From contig NW_005434579.1 of the NCBI RefSeq assembly GCF_000315625.1, positions 63,594 to 127,593 of the forward strand: DNA of 64,000 nucleotides. Reading direction: 5' to 3'. The stretch comes from Guillardia theta CCMP2712 (Eukaryota; Protista; Cryptophyta). Shown one piece after another: positions 12,801 through 23,019 of this stretch. The notes below the pieces were generated by a model. That model was not told where the DNA came from. It was given only the letters and a program-made list of their open reading frames with translations, and ran no database searches. How positions within the stretch are numbered: position 1 is the stretch's first letter; every line of letters starts with the position of its first letter. The translations under genes were made by a program, and so were the position numbers.

Positions 12801-14017
12801 GAATTCTTGTCGCCGACATCGCCAGCACCATGGTCTGCACGGGCCCGTTCCCTCCCGCTACCGAGCTCGTCAAGCTGCCCGGATCGTAGCTCACCGCTGC
12901 GCTCAAGCTCCCTGATACCCGTGCTTGCTCCGCAATGCTCATCCTGACAGCCATGGACCTTCCTGTACCGCTGCTCAGGAGACTTGCTACCGTGCTGTCG
13001 GACTGCCAAGCGGTCTTCTCTGCCCTAGACCCGCCGATCGCGCTCGTAGGACTGTACTGCACCAGCCCCATACCTCTCCCAAATAGCGTGATCGAGCCTT
13101 GAGCGTCTGCCGACCCTGCCTGTGCGGCTGCTACGTTACCCCTGCTCACAGTGCTCATCAGCCCCGCGTCCATCGATACCAGCTCAGTGTGTGTACCGCC
13201 TACCATCCTCCCTACTGACACTACTCCCGACAGGCTCGTCCCGCTCCCGCTGGCTGTCTTGCACGACACCCCTGTGTCGGACCCCCACGTCGTCTGGGTG
13301 GCGCTGGTTGCTCCTGCTCTGACCACGACGCTCAGCAGGGCTGTCCCGAAGCCGCTCCCGCTCAGCGTCACTCCCCTGCCCAAAGCCTTCCCAGAGTTTG
13401 CCATCGGCCCGTCTGCTGTCGCGGCCTCGTCGTAGCTCATGGCCTCAGTCACGGAGACTGTTCGTGCGGCCATCGTGAGCGCTACTCCCCGGCTGCTGTC
13501 CGGGCCGCGTCCGCTCTTGCAGATCACACCCGATGATGACAGCCAGTAGCTCCGCTCACACCCTGTCAAGCCTATTCTTGTGCTAATGCTGAGTCGCAAA
13601 TTCATTTCGCTTGTCCCGACCAGTATCAATTTGTCGATTTTTGAAATTAAATTTGATGCCTGCCAAATGTTTTCATTTTGTAGCAATTTCAAGTCAGTTG
13701 AAAAAACTGATGAAATGGAAGCGATTGATTTCGAAACTGATACGATGACGCTTTGAGAGCCTGACGTAGGGAACTGTTGATTCACACATTTGACAGAAGT
13801 GGTCGATGCCCAAATGGTTGATTTGCAAACAGTTGAATGTATTCTTGTTGATACACTGACAAAAAAACTGGAAAATACTGAACTGAAAACTGAAATTTCC
13901 GTTGGTACGAACGGAACAGAGTTGCCAGGAAAAACACTTGAAACAACTGCACGCTCAAAGCTGAAACAATTCGATATTGAGTACAAAGAAACAGCAACGG
14001 AAACAACCGCTTTGATG
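6802..14017 (-). CDS. Giant surface protein, C-terminal part: IPT/TIG-like repeats, SEA-like module, Thr/Pro stalk, single TM helix, ~770-aa low-complexity cytoplasmic tail
   Basis: 2394-aa intronless ORF. Repeated G-x-N/S-F-G...R-x-G-x-T...W-x-S-D-S/T...C...G-x-G...S-Y/F-D units; PTNSPTNGNDVLTIFGNEFG and LSPNYGPTSGG are IPT-type starts; RGSVRISF; PTPTPTTT; TM LTIGLLSGGIGLGVICLFCCLVVTI (~9112-9186). The frame is open upstream of the annotated start, up to the 14018 junction. Confidence 0.85.
7929..7989. repeat. (GGAGCT)n hexamer repeat encoding a (PA)n linker in the cytoplasmic tail
   Basis: About 10 perfect copies; the translation reads APAPAPAP. Confidence 0.9.
12815..13572. repeat. Displaced partial (758-bp) copy of the 2382-bp unit
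   Basis: Matches 15720-16477 (antisense ORF 13122 = 16027, 13151 = 16056). Separated from the array by a 445-bp unique AT-rich coding segment. Confidence 0.95.
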
Positions 14018-17000
14018 GCTGTCCGGGCCGCGTCCGCTCTTGCAGATCACACCCGATGATGACAGCCAGTAGCTCCGCTCACACCCGGTCGACCCCACCC
14101 TCGCCTGCCCTGTCCAAGCCCAGCCTTGCTGCCCTGCTACGCTCGCTAGCACTACCTCTCCTCCCCGGCTCGCAAGGTTAGCCCGCCCCTTCCAGCTCCA
14201 GCTCGCCTCGCCCCCTACGCTGTCGTAGCTCAGCACGGCGGTCCCTGTGCTTGCTCGCCCCGCGCTGGTGATGATCATCCCATGGCTCCCCCCCGACCCC
14301 TCGCGGATCTTGCACACGATGCTGGTGGATGATGTCCACAAGCTTGATGCCGCGCTAGACCCGCCTGCTCTGACTTGCCCAGTCATTCCGTACGGCCCGA
14401 ACTCCTTCCCAACTATGGTCGCTACGCCTGCTTGTCCCCGGGGTGCGTTGACCTGGTTGAGCAGCCCTTGTACAGAGCCAGCGTCGAAGCTCAGAGCTTC
14501 CGAGATGCTCCCCTGCCCTCTTGACCTCCCCAGCGTCATCACCACCTTGCTGCTGCCCCCCAGCCCGCTCGTCAGCCCTGCCCGGATGCATGTGATGCTC
14601 GTGTCTGCTACCCATTGCGTAGCCCCGCAGCTGGTCCCTCCAGCTCGTGCGCCTGGGCATACTGACTCCTTGCCCAGCATCGCTCCTACCAGCGTGACTG
14701 CGCTCCCGGACACTCTGGTGTTCGCCCCCATGAACGTAGACACCACGGCGGCTTCTAGCGACACCGACTCCGTCAATGAGCCTACCGACCCCCGGATCGT
14801 CAACGCAATCGAGCTCGACCCCGAGCTCTCGGCCCTCAGGCTGCTGCAGACTATCGAGCTGTCTGACTTCCACGCCGTCTGGGCTGCCCTGGTCCCTCCC
14901 ACTCGTCCGCTTGGGGTGACCGACTGCAGGCCGTAGCCCATCCCGGATAGCTCGATGTACCTTGACCCGTCCAGCATGCGGCTGTTGGCTCCTGGGGATG
15001 TCGAGACGGAAGGCATGTCGTAGCTTGACGTCTCCGTCGTGCTGCCTCCGAGTAGGCTGGACGTCATAGATATCGGGAGCGTCGCTCCCGTGCCACTCGC
15101 TACCTTGCACAGCAGCATCGTTCCTGAGGACCACACCGTCGCTGTGCTGGACGTCTTGCCTAGGCGTAGCGTTGACGATAGCATGCCGGGTAGTACACTG
15201 GTGCCGGCGATCGTAGTGAGACGGGTGGACGACGACGGGAAGTTGCTCACGCTCTCTGCGGACAAGCTCATTCCTGTGCTGTCGTATGACATGACCTCAG
15301 TGGCGCTCCCGACTACCACGCCAATGGTAGACTGCAAGCTGCTGCTCCCTCGCACGCCTGCAGCAAGCTTGCTTGCTATCGAGCTCGACGAGATCCATAA
15401 TGTAAGACTGCTCGCTGTACCAGACATCCTTGCCCGAGCCGTGTGTCCCAGGGTTCTTGACAGCCCGACTAGGATTGCTACTGCCCCCCCAAGACCGAGA
15501 TTACCGGCTTTGGCTGTGCTGACTAGCTGCACGTCGTAGCTGGAGCTCTCTGTCTGACTGCTGACGCCTCTAGCAACACTAACCTGGAGTACGTTCGATC
15601 CTCCCATGCCTGCAGACGTCGCACACTGCAGCGAGGTAGATGATTGCCAGAAGCTTGCTCTAGACGCTGTTGCCTGCATGCGTACAGCATTGGTATACTC
15701 TACGTACCGCCCTGTCCCTGACATCGCCAGCACCATGGTCTGCACGGGCCCGTTCCCTCCCGCTACCGAGCTCGTCAAGCTGCCCGGATCGTAGCTCACC
15801 GCTGCGCTCAAGCTCCCTGATACCCGTGCTTGCTCCGCAATGCTCATCCTGACAGCCATGGACCTTCCTGTACCGCTGCTCAGGAGACTTGCTACCGTGC
15901 TGTCGGACTGCCAAGCGGTCTTCTCTGCCCTAGACCCGCCGATCGCGCTCGTAGGACTGTACTGCACCAGCCCCATACCTCTCCCAAATAGCGTGATCGA
16001 GCCTTGAGCGTCTGCCGACCCTGCCTGTGCGGCTGCTACGTTACCCCTGCTCACAGTGCTCATCAGCCCCGCGTCCATCGATACCAGCTCAGTGTGTGTA
16101 CCGCCTACCATCCTCCCTACTGACACTACTCCCGACAGGCTCGTCCCGCTCCCGCTGGCTGTCTTGCACGACACCCCTGTGTCGGACCCCCACGTCGTCT
16201 GGGTGGCGCTGGTTGCTCCTGCTCTGACCACGACGCTCAGCAGGGCTGTCCCGAAGCCGCTCCCGCTCAGCGTCACTCCCCTGCCCAAAGCCTTCCCAGA
16301 GTTTGCCATCGGCCCGTCTGCTGTCGCGGCCTCGTCGTAGCTCATGGCCTCAGTCACGGAGACTGTTCGTGCGGCCATCGTGAGCGCTACTCCCCGGCTG
16401 CTGTCCGGGCCGCGTCCGCTCTTGCAGATCACACCCGATGATGACAGCCAGTAGCTCCGCTCACACCCTGTCAAGCCCACCCTCGCCTGCCCTGTCCAAG
16501 CCCAGCCTTGCTGCCCTGCTACGCTCGCTAGCACTACCTCTCCTCCCCGGCTCGCAAGGTTAGCCCGCCCCTTCCAGCTCCAGCTCGCCTCGCCCCCTAC
16601 GCTGTCGTAGCTCAGCACGGCGGTCCCTGTGCTTGCTCGCCCCGCGCTGGTGATGATCATCCCATGGCTCCCCCCCGACCCCTCGCGGATCTTGCACACG
16701 ATGCTGGTGGATGATGTCCACAAGCTTGATGCCGCGCTAGACCCGCCTGCTCTGACTTGCCCAGTCATTCCGTACGGCCCGAACTCCTTCCCAACTATGG
16801 TCGCTACGCCTGCTTGTCCCCGGGGTGCGTTGACCTGGTTGAGCAGCCCTTGTACAGAGCCAGCGTCGAAGCTCAGAGCTTCCGAGATGCTCCCCTGCCC
16901 TCTTGACCTCCCCAGCGTCATCACCACCTTGCTGCTGCCCCCCAGCCCGCTCGTCAGCCCTGCCCGGATGCATGTGATGCTCGTGTCTGCTACCCATTGC

Positions 17001-20000
17001 GTAGCCCCGCAGCTGGTCCCTCCAGCTCGTGCGCCTGGGCATACTGACTCCTTGCCCAGCATCGCTCCTACAAGCGTGACTGCGCTCCCGGACACTCTGG
17101 TGTTCGCCCCCATGAACGTAGACACCACGGCGGCTTCTAGCGACACCGACTCCGTCAATGAGCCTACCGACCCCCGGATCGTCAACGCAATCGAGCTCGA
17201 CCCCGAGCTCTCGGCCCTCAGGCTGCTGCAGACTATCGAGCTGTCTGACTTCCACGCCGTCTGGGCTGCCCTGGTCACTCCCACTCGTCCGCTTGGGGTG
17301 ACCGACTGCAGGCCGTAGCCCGTCCCGGATAGCTCGATGTACCTTGACCCGTCCAGCATGCGGCTGTTGGCTCCTGGGGATGTCGAGACGGAAGGCATGT
17401 CGTAGCTTGACGTCTCCGTCGTGCTGCCTCCGAGTAGGCTGGACGTCATAGATATCGGGAGCGTCGCTCCCGTGCCACTCGCTACCTTGCACAGCAGCAT
17501 CGTTCCTGAGGACCACACCGTCGCTGTGCTGGACGTCTTGCCTAGGCGTAGCGTTGACGATAGCATGCCGGGTAGTACACTGGTGCCGGCGATCGTAGTG
17601 AGACGGGTGGACGACGACGGGAAGTTGCTCACGCTCTCTGCGGACAAGCTCATTCCTGTGCTGTCGTATGACATGACCTCAGTGGCGCTCCCGACTACCA
17701 CGCCAATGGTAGACTGCAAGCTGCTGCTCCCTCGCACGCCTGCAGCAAGCTTGCTTGCTATCGAGCTCGACGAGATCCATAATGTAAGACTGCTCGCTGT
17801 ACCAGACATCCTTGCCCGAGCCGTGTGTCCCAGGGTTCTTGACAGCCCGACTAGGATTGCTACTGCCCCCCCAAGACCGAGATTACCGGCTTTGGCTGTG
17901 CTGACTAGCTGCACGTCGTAGCTGGAGCTCTCTGTCTGACTGCTGACGCCTCTAGCAACACTAACCTGGAGTACGTTCGATCCTCCCATGCCTGCAGACG
18001 TCGCACACTGCAGCGAGGTAGATGATTGCCAGAAGCTTGCTCTAGACGCTGTTGCCTGCATGCGTACAGCATTGGTATACTCTACGTACCGCCCTGTCCC
18101 TGACATCGCCAGCACCATGGTCTGCACGGGCCCGTTCCCTCCCGCTACCGAGCTCGTCAAGCTGCCCGGATCGTAGCTCACCGCTGCGCTCAAGCTCCCT
18201 GATACCCGTGCTTGCTCCGCAATGCTCATCCTGACAGCCATGGACCTTCCTGTACCGCTGCTCAGGAGACTTGCTACCGTGCTGTCGGACTGCCAAGCGG
18301 TCTTCTCTGCCCTAGACCCGCCGATCGCGCTCGTAGGACTGTACTGCACCAGCCCCATACCTCTCCCAAATAGCGTGATCGAGCCTTGAGCGTCTGCCGA
18401 CCCTGCCTGTGCGGCTGCTACGTTACCCCTGCTCACAGTGCTCATCAGCCCCGCGTCCATCGATACCAGCTCAGTGTGTGTACCGCCTACCATCCTCCCT
18501 ACTGACACTACTCCCGACAGGCTCGTCCCGCTCCCGCTGGCTGTCTTGCACGACACCCCTGTGTCGGACCCCCACGTCGTCTGGGTGGCGCTGGTTGCTC
18601 CTGCTCTGACCACGACGCTCAGCAGGGCTGTCCCGAAGCCGCTCCCGCTCAGCGTCACTCCCCTGCCCAAAGCCTTCCCAGAGTTTGCCATCGGCCCGTC
18701 TGCTGTCGCGGCCTCGTCGTAGCTCATGGCCTCAGTCACGGAGACTGTTCGTGCGGCCATCGTGAGCGCTACTCCCCGGCTGCTGTCCGGGCCGCGTCCG
18801 CTCTTGCAGATCACACCCGATGATGACAGCCAGTAGCTCCGCTCACACCCGGTCGACCCCACCCTCGCCTGCCCTGTCCAAGCCCAGCCTTGCTGCCCTG
18901 CTACGCTCGCTAGCACTACCTCTCCTCCCCGGCTCGCAAGGTTAGCCCGCCCCTTCCAGCTCCAGCTCGCCTCGCCCCCTACGCTGTCGTAGCTCAGCAC
19001 GGCGGTCCCCGTGCTTGCTCGCCCCGCGCTGGTGATGATCATCCCATGGCTCCCCCCCGACCCCTCGCGGATCTTGCACACGATGCTGGTGGATGATGTC
19101 CACAAGCTTGATGCCGCGCTAGACCCGCCTGCTCTGACTTGCCCGGTCATTCCGTACGGCCCGAACTCCTTCCCAACTATGGTCGCTACGCCTGCTTGTC
19201 CCCGGGGTGCGTTGACCTGGTTGAGCAGCCCTTGTACAGAGCCAGCGTCGAAGCTCAGAGCTTCCGAGATGCTCCCCTGCCCTCTTGACCTCCCCAGCGT
19301 CATCACCACCTTGCTGCTGCCCCCCAGCCCGCTCGTCAGCCCTGCCCGGATGCATGTGATGCTCGTGTCTGCTACCCATTGCGTAGCCCCGCAGCTGGTC
19401 CCTCCAGCTCGTGCGCCTGGGCATACTGACTCCTTGCCCAGCATCGCTCCTACAAGCGTGACTGCGCTCCCGGACACTCTGGTGTTCGCCCCCATGAACG
19501 TAGACACCACGGCGGCTTCTAGCGACACCGACTCCGTCAATGAGCCTACCGACCCCCGGATCGTCAACGCAATCGAGCTCGACCCCGAGCTCTCGGCCCT
19601 CAGGCTGCTGCAGACTACTGAGCTGTCTGACTTCCACGCCGTCTGGGCTGCCCTGGTCACTCCCACTCGTCCGCTTGGGGTGACCGACTGCAGGCCGTAG
19701 CCCATCCCGGATAGCTCGATGTACCTTGACCCGTCCAGCATGCGGCTGTTGGCTCCTGGGGATGTCGAGACGGAGGGCATGTTGTAGCTTGTCATTTGTG
19801 ATGCGGTGCTTGTTGTTACATGGGTCACAGCTAGGGATATGCTTGCTTTGCTGTGTTTTGTGACTTTAGCTTTCAAACTTGTGAGAGACGTCCACTCAGT
19901 TGCCTCTGCACCTGTGTTTCCTATTCTTGCTCGTAAGCTTATTGGAAACACAAGGTCACCCAGGAATATATCAGAGATCCTGTTTGCATTTACATTTGCA

Positions 20001-22519
20001 AGCTTGGTCGAGGTGAGGTAATGAGAATGAAACGTGATTGATTCACTAGCGGAAAATGGCCTGGAAGTTGTGATGACGAATTTCAGTGATGCTGCTCCTC
20101 GTTGTGAGAGTCTTGCATCTACAGAAGAGCTACTCAACCAGGACGTGCGTTCACAAGCTGTGGCTCCAACGCGGATTGCCAACGAAATAAGATGGTAGGT
20201 TCCGATGACATTCAGATTGACAGTTTCAAAGACCATCGTGTTGGTTGTGACTTTTTGGTACATGTACAAGTCAAATGTCATAGCTTGACTTGACGTAGCT
20301 ACCCCTGAAAATATTGTAACTTTTACACCATCTGTAGATCTTGGTGACATTGCTGGAAGACTGAGTACAGATGTGTCGGAAACCCATTTTGAAAATTCAG
20401 AGCTGGTGAAAGAGACTCTCATAATGACCGATACATCCGATGTCATGAAGGATGAGCCGATGACTGTACTTGTGGTTCGTGCCCCCACATTCGACATTGT
20501 GCAAGTGCTTACAGATCCGTAGTCAAAAAATACGAGCGAATTTGAGCTTGCTATTTTCCTCTGGACAGTAACTACCACTTCGCCGAACAACAAGCCTGCA
20601 ATTGGATGCAACATGCAAAGGATGCTTGAGTCGGACTTCCAAGATGTCGCCAGACATTGTGAGCCGCCGATGCTTGAACCTCGCTGAATCGGTGAGTCTT
20701 GCAGGAGTGGATTATATCCGACCAAGGAAAAGCCTTCTCCAGTAAGTGTCACGATGGTCATTCCGATTGTGGGACTGTTCAAAGGCCTCTGACTCTGTAG
20801 TGTCAGGTTGGGAGAACCAAGGTTTACAGCACTTACTGAACCTTGATCCATGTACTGAGAATACTTGTCCAAAGTAGACACCAGAAAATTGTCAGACCAT
20901 CCTGCCAATCTTGCCAGGGATAACCCGAAGACCGAAACATTGACCAACTTCTGAGCTGAATTGAAACCTGGAACCAGCATCGACAAGGTCAGATTTCCGG
21001 TAGATCTTGCGCGTCGAGACCCATTGCACACTTCTCGATTGATTATTGGAATACGACGAATGCTCGTCAATCCGAAAATTGACTCCAAAACTGAAGGTGT
21101 ATCCACGATCATAACTTGAGGCGGTAAAGTGATCTCGACAAAATTTTGAAATAGCATGGAATTAAAAGTTGTAAATTTGATGAAAAATTCTGGCCTGGAA
21201 TCAACTGCAAGGAGACTGGTTTGCATGCTGAGATTGTTGAATTGATTTGGAATAGTATGCAATGTACCTTCAAATACATCGACTACCACTGGGACGCCAC
21301 TCCTCTTTTTCAACGTCGCCATCTTCCACTTTGAAAAAGGTGTTGCAAAAGGACTTACATTCACATTCGTCAAGACGAGATCAAAAGAAGAAGTGCTGAA
21401 CCAATCGTTGGCAAAAGTCTTGACGACCAATATTGACGCGCATGGATAGGTCGTGCGATTGCATATTGCCTGCGACACACCGAGGCAGCTAGTTGCTCCA
21501 CAGCCATAAATTTGAAAGATACCGAAGTTTTGATTTGAGGGATAGACAGTAGATGAAACAGAGGGTGTCCCGGAGAAAGAATAGCCATCGGGCAATACTA
21601 TGTACATTGATCCATCTGAAGGAAGAAAATTTTGAATCTCGACGTGAATTCGCAAATTTATAGACGGCTCCCCCGCTGAAGCTTCAGGGATGATGCCACC
21701 ACGATTGACTTCATCAAAAGTGATTTGGACTTGCAAGCTTCCAAAACATTCGCCATCCAAGCTGGAAGTAGAAGCAGACCCATTGCCTGCTTTCGTCTCG
21801 ATCCAAATCTGTGCGAAGATATCTGGCATTTGCAGAAACGCGTAGGTTCCATCTTTTTGCAACACTGAGGATGGAAGCACACGTACTACTTGTCCACTTT
21901 CAAACGCCTGGCTGTTGGAGCTCTTGATGTAGAAAGCGAGAACAGTGACAGCTTGGTTAGGACCCAATCCCAAATCTGAAGGAAGATTCCAAATAAGCTG
22001 AGGGGTAGGGTTTGCGTTGCAGCGAAAGTATCCACTAGCCGTCAACTCACTGCAAAATGACACGATGACTGGAGGGTCAGGATAATCTGCTGCAAAGGCG
22101 TCTAGATACGGTAAAGTACTTTTGCCACCACCGAAAGAGTTTACCGCCCAGACGCTTGCTTGATACTCACCACTTTTTTCCAGTCCAGAAAACTGTTTTC
22201 CATCCATGTCTGTACTGGCAGCAGATGTGAAGGTGTAGGAAAGGCTCGAACCTGCATTGAAATAGTATTCTGCTCTTGTTGACACGTCAAAGATCACAGC
22301 GACGTAGCTTGTGCTTGTGTTGACTGCATTCCACGTAAGAGTCAGCTCAAGCGGACCACTGACAACGAAACTCAAGCCAGTAGGAGCACTCGGACAAAGG
22401 TTGGATGAAGCATCCGATCTGCATGTAGCTCCAAGCACAGTCTGCATCTGAAGGAGTAGAGCAAGAGAAAGCAGACTCAGGAGTACACCTTTCGATCTGC
22501 ATTTGGTATAATCGTGCAT
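13955..22519 (-). CDS. Giant surface protein, N-terminal part: signal peptide, FN3 domain(s), IPT/TIG-like tandem repeats
   Basis: 2854-aa intronless ORF. Signal peptide KGVLLSLLSLALLLQMQTVLG-A; FN3 signature PSAPTGL...LTLTW...YQASVWAVNSFG; 794-aa near-perfect repeats. It goes out of frame with the downstream ORF by 1 nt at ~14017. Confidence 0.85.
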   Translation of the reverse strand: MHDYTKCRSKGVLLSLLSLALLLQMQTVLGATCRSDASSNLCPSAPTGLSFVVSGPLELTLTWNAVNTSTSYVAVIFDVSTRAEYYFNAGSSLSYTFTSAASTDMDGKQFSGLEKSGEYQASVWAVNSFGGGKSTLPYLDAFAADYPDPPVIVSFCSELTASGYFRCNANPTPQLIWNLPSDLGLGPNQAVTVLAFYIKSSNSQAFESGQVVRVLPSSVLQKDGTYAFLQMPDIFAQIWIETKAGNGSASTSSLDGECFGSLQVQITFDEVNRGGIIPEASAGEPSINLRIHVEIQNFLPSDGSMYIVLPDGYSFSGTPSVSSTVYPSNQNFGIFQIYGCGATSCLGVSQAICNRTTYPCASILVVKTFANDWFSTSSFDLVLTNVNVSPFATPFSKWKMATLKKRSGVPVVVDVFEGTLHTIPNQFNNLSMQTSLLAVDSRPEFFIKFTTFNSMLFQNFVEITLPPQVMIVDTPSVLESIFGLTSIRRIPIINREVCNGSRRARSTGNLTLSMLVPGFNSAQKLVNVSVFGLSLARLAGWSDNFLVSTLDKYSQYMDQGSVSAVNLGSPNLTLQSQRPLNSPTIGMTIVTLTGEGFSLVGYNPLLQDSPIQRGSSIGGSQCLATSWKSDSSILCMLHPIAGLLFGEVVVTVQRKIASSNSLVFFDYGSVSTCTMSNVGARTTSTVIGSSFMTSDVSVIMRVSFTSSEFSKWVSDTSVLSLPAMSPRSTDGVKVTIFSGVATSSQAMTFDLYMYQKVTTNTMVFETVNLNVIGTYHLISLAIRVGATACERTSWLSSSSVDARLSQRGAASLKFVITTSRPFSASESITFHSHYLTSTKLANVNANRISDIFLGDLVFPISLRARIGNTGAEATEWTSLTSLKAKVTKHSKASISLAVTHVTTSTASQMTSYNMPSVSTSPGANSRMLDGSRYIELSGMGYGLQSVTPSGRVGVTRAAQTAWKSDSSVVCSSLRAESSGSSSIALTIRGSVGSLTESVSLEAAVVSTFMGANTRVSGSAVTLVGAMLGKESVCPGARAGGTSCGATQWVADTSITCIRAGLTSGLGGSSKVVMTLGRSRGQGSISEALSFDAGSVQGLLNQVNAPRGQAGVATIVGKEFGPYGMTGQVRAGGSSAASSLWTSSTSIVCKIREGSGGSHGMIITSAGRASTGTAVLSYDSVGGEASWSWKGRANLASRGGEVVLASVAGQQGWAWTGQARVGSTGCERSYWLSSSGVICKSGRGPDSSRGVALTMAARTVSVTEAMSYDEAATADGPMANSGKALGRGVTLSGSGFGTALLSVVVRAGATSATQTTWGSDTGVSCKTASGSGTSLSGVVSVGRMVGGTHTELVSMDAGLMSTVSRGNVAAAQAGSADAQGSITLFGRGMGLVQYSPTSAIGGSRAEKTAWQSDSTVASLLSSGTGRSMAVRMSIAEQARVSGSLSAAVSYDPGSLTSSVAGGNGPVQTMVLAMSGTGRYVEYTNAVRMQATASRASFWQSSTSLQCATSAGMGGSNVLQVSVARGVSSQTESSSYDVQLVSTAKAGNLGLGGAVAILVGLSRTLGHTARARMSGTASSLTLWISSSSIASKLAAGVRGSSSLQSTIGVVVGSATEVMSYDSTGMSLSAESVSNFPSSSTRLTTIAGTSVLPGMLSSTLRLGKTSSTATVWSSGTMLLCKVASGTGATLPISMTSSLLGGSTTETSSYDMPSVSTSPGANSRMLDGSRYIELSGTGYGLQSVTPSGRVGVTRAAQTAWKSDSSIVCSSLRAESSGSSSIALTIRGSVGSLTESVSLEAAVVSTFMGANTRVSGSAVTLVGAMLGKESVCPGARAGGTSCGATQWVADTSITCIRAGLTSGLGGSSKVVMTLGRSRGQGSISEALSFDAGSVQGLLNQVNAPRGQAGVATIVGKEFGPYGMTGQVRAGGSSAASSLWTSSTSIVCKIREGSGGSHGMIITSAGRASTGTAVLSYDSVGGEASWSWKGRANLASRGGEVVLASVAGQQGWAWTGQARVGLTGCERSYWLSSSGVICKSGRGPDSSRGVALTMAARTVSVTEAMSYDEAATADGPMANSGKALGRGVTLSGSGFGTALLSVVVRAGATSATQTTWGSDTGVSCKTASGSGTSLSGVVSVGRMVGGTHTELVSMDAGLMSTVSRGNVAAAQAGSADAQGSITLFGRGMGLVQYSPTSAIGGSRAEKTAWQSDSTVASLLSSGTGRSMAVRMSIAEQARVSGSLSAAVSYDPGSLTSSVAGGNGPVQTMVLAMSGTGRYVEYTNAVRMQATASRASFWQSSTSLQCATSAGMGGSNVLQVSVARGVSSQTESSSYDVQLVSTAKAGNLGLGGAVAILVGLSRTLGHTARARMSGTASSLTLWISSSSIASKLAAGVRGSSSLQSTIGVVVGSATEVMSYDSTGMSLSAESVSNFPSSSTRLTTIAGTSVLPGMLSSTLRLGKTSSTATVWSSGTMLLCKVASGTGATLPISMTSSLLGGSTTETSSYDMPSVSTSPGANSRMLDGSRYIELSGMGYGLQSVTPSGRVGGTRAAQTAWKSDSSIVCSSLRAESSGSSSIALTIRGSVGSLTESVSLEAAVVSTFMGANTRVSGSAVTLVGAMLGKESVCPGARAGGTSCGATQWVADTSITCIRAGLTSGLGGSSKVVMTLGRSRGQGSISEALSFDAGSVQGLLNQVNAPRGQAGVATIVGKEFGPYGMTGQVRAGGSSAASSLWTSSTSIVCKIREGSGGSHGMIITSAGRASTGTAVLSYDSVGGEASWSWKGRANLASRGGEVVLASVAGQQGWAWTGQARVGSTGCERSYWLSSSGVICKSGRGPDSHQSGCFRCCFFVLNIELFQL
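14018..19791. repeat. Coding tandem repeat, 2382-bp (794-aa) unit, ~2.4 near-identical copies
   Basis: Identical antisense ORFs recur at an exact 2382 offset (14247/16629/19011; 15039/17421; 16027/18409). Boundaries were read at 14018 (gctgtccggg) and 19791. Confidence 0.97.
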
Positions 22520-23019
22520 TCTACGTGCAATGTGACATTTGGATAGAAATCCTTCTATGCTAGTGCAGATGGAAAGACCAGAAAGCCTCCATTGTCCTGA
22601 GCAGACCAGAAAACCCTCAAAAGACCACTATTCATGATTTTTGGAATGTGTTTTGGTAGAATCCGGTGTGGAATTATTGTCTGGGTGTACTGTGCTCTCG
22701 TTGGTAACGTTGGCGCTTTGATTGCTGACAGAACAGTGCATGCAGACTGATCCTTGGAAGGGTGACTTGTAATATTCGACAAGCTGCTTCAGATGGAAGC
22801 TTAGGTCGACATGGCAGTTGTTCTGCACAGAAATTGCGAGAAAAGTTTAGGGGCAGGCAGCAATCAAGGCTGAGAAGGAGGGCAATGACGGGCGGCAAGG
22901 AATGAGGCACGTGGGTCAGGAAGGGAAGGGAAGGAGGACAGAGGAAGAGGGAGGACAGAGGACATAGGATCGCGATTGAAGGCGCCGCCCGCCATGAGAG
23001 GCGTCAAATAGGCGGGCAA

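Noticed and set aside
13573-14017. AT-rich spacer as an intron or transposon insertion
   Set aside because: It is open in frame with the downstream ORF, encodes the family repeat motif (STIWASTTSVKC...FSTD), and lacks suitable splice sites or terminal repeats.
14019-14052. 34-nt GT..AG intron (gtgtgatc...ggacag) that would repair the frameshift
   Set aside because: The identical sequence is coding in three other repeat copies, where splicing would break the frame; it has no CTGAC branch site and would delete the conserved Cys-Gly segment.
14247-19700. Repeated + strand ORFs (229, 166, 94 aa) as separate genes
   Set aside because: They are antisense shadows of the GC-rich coding repeat.
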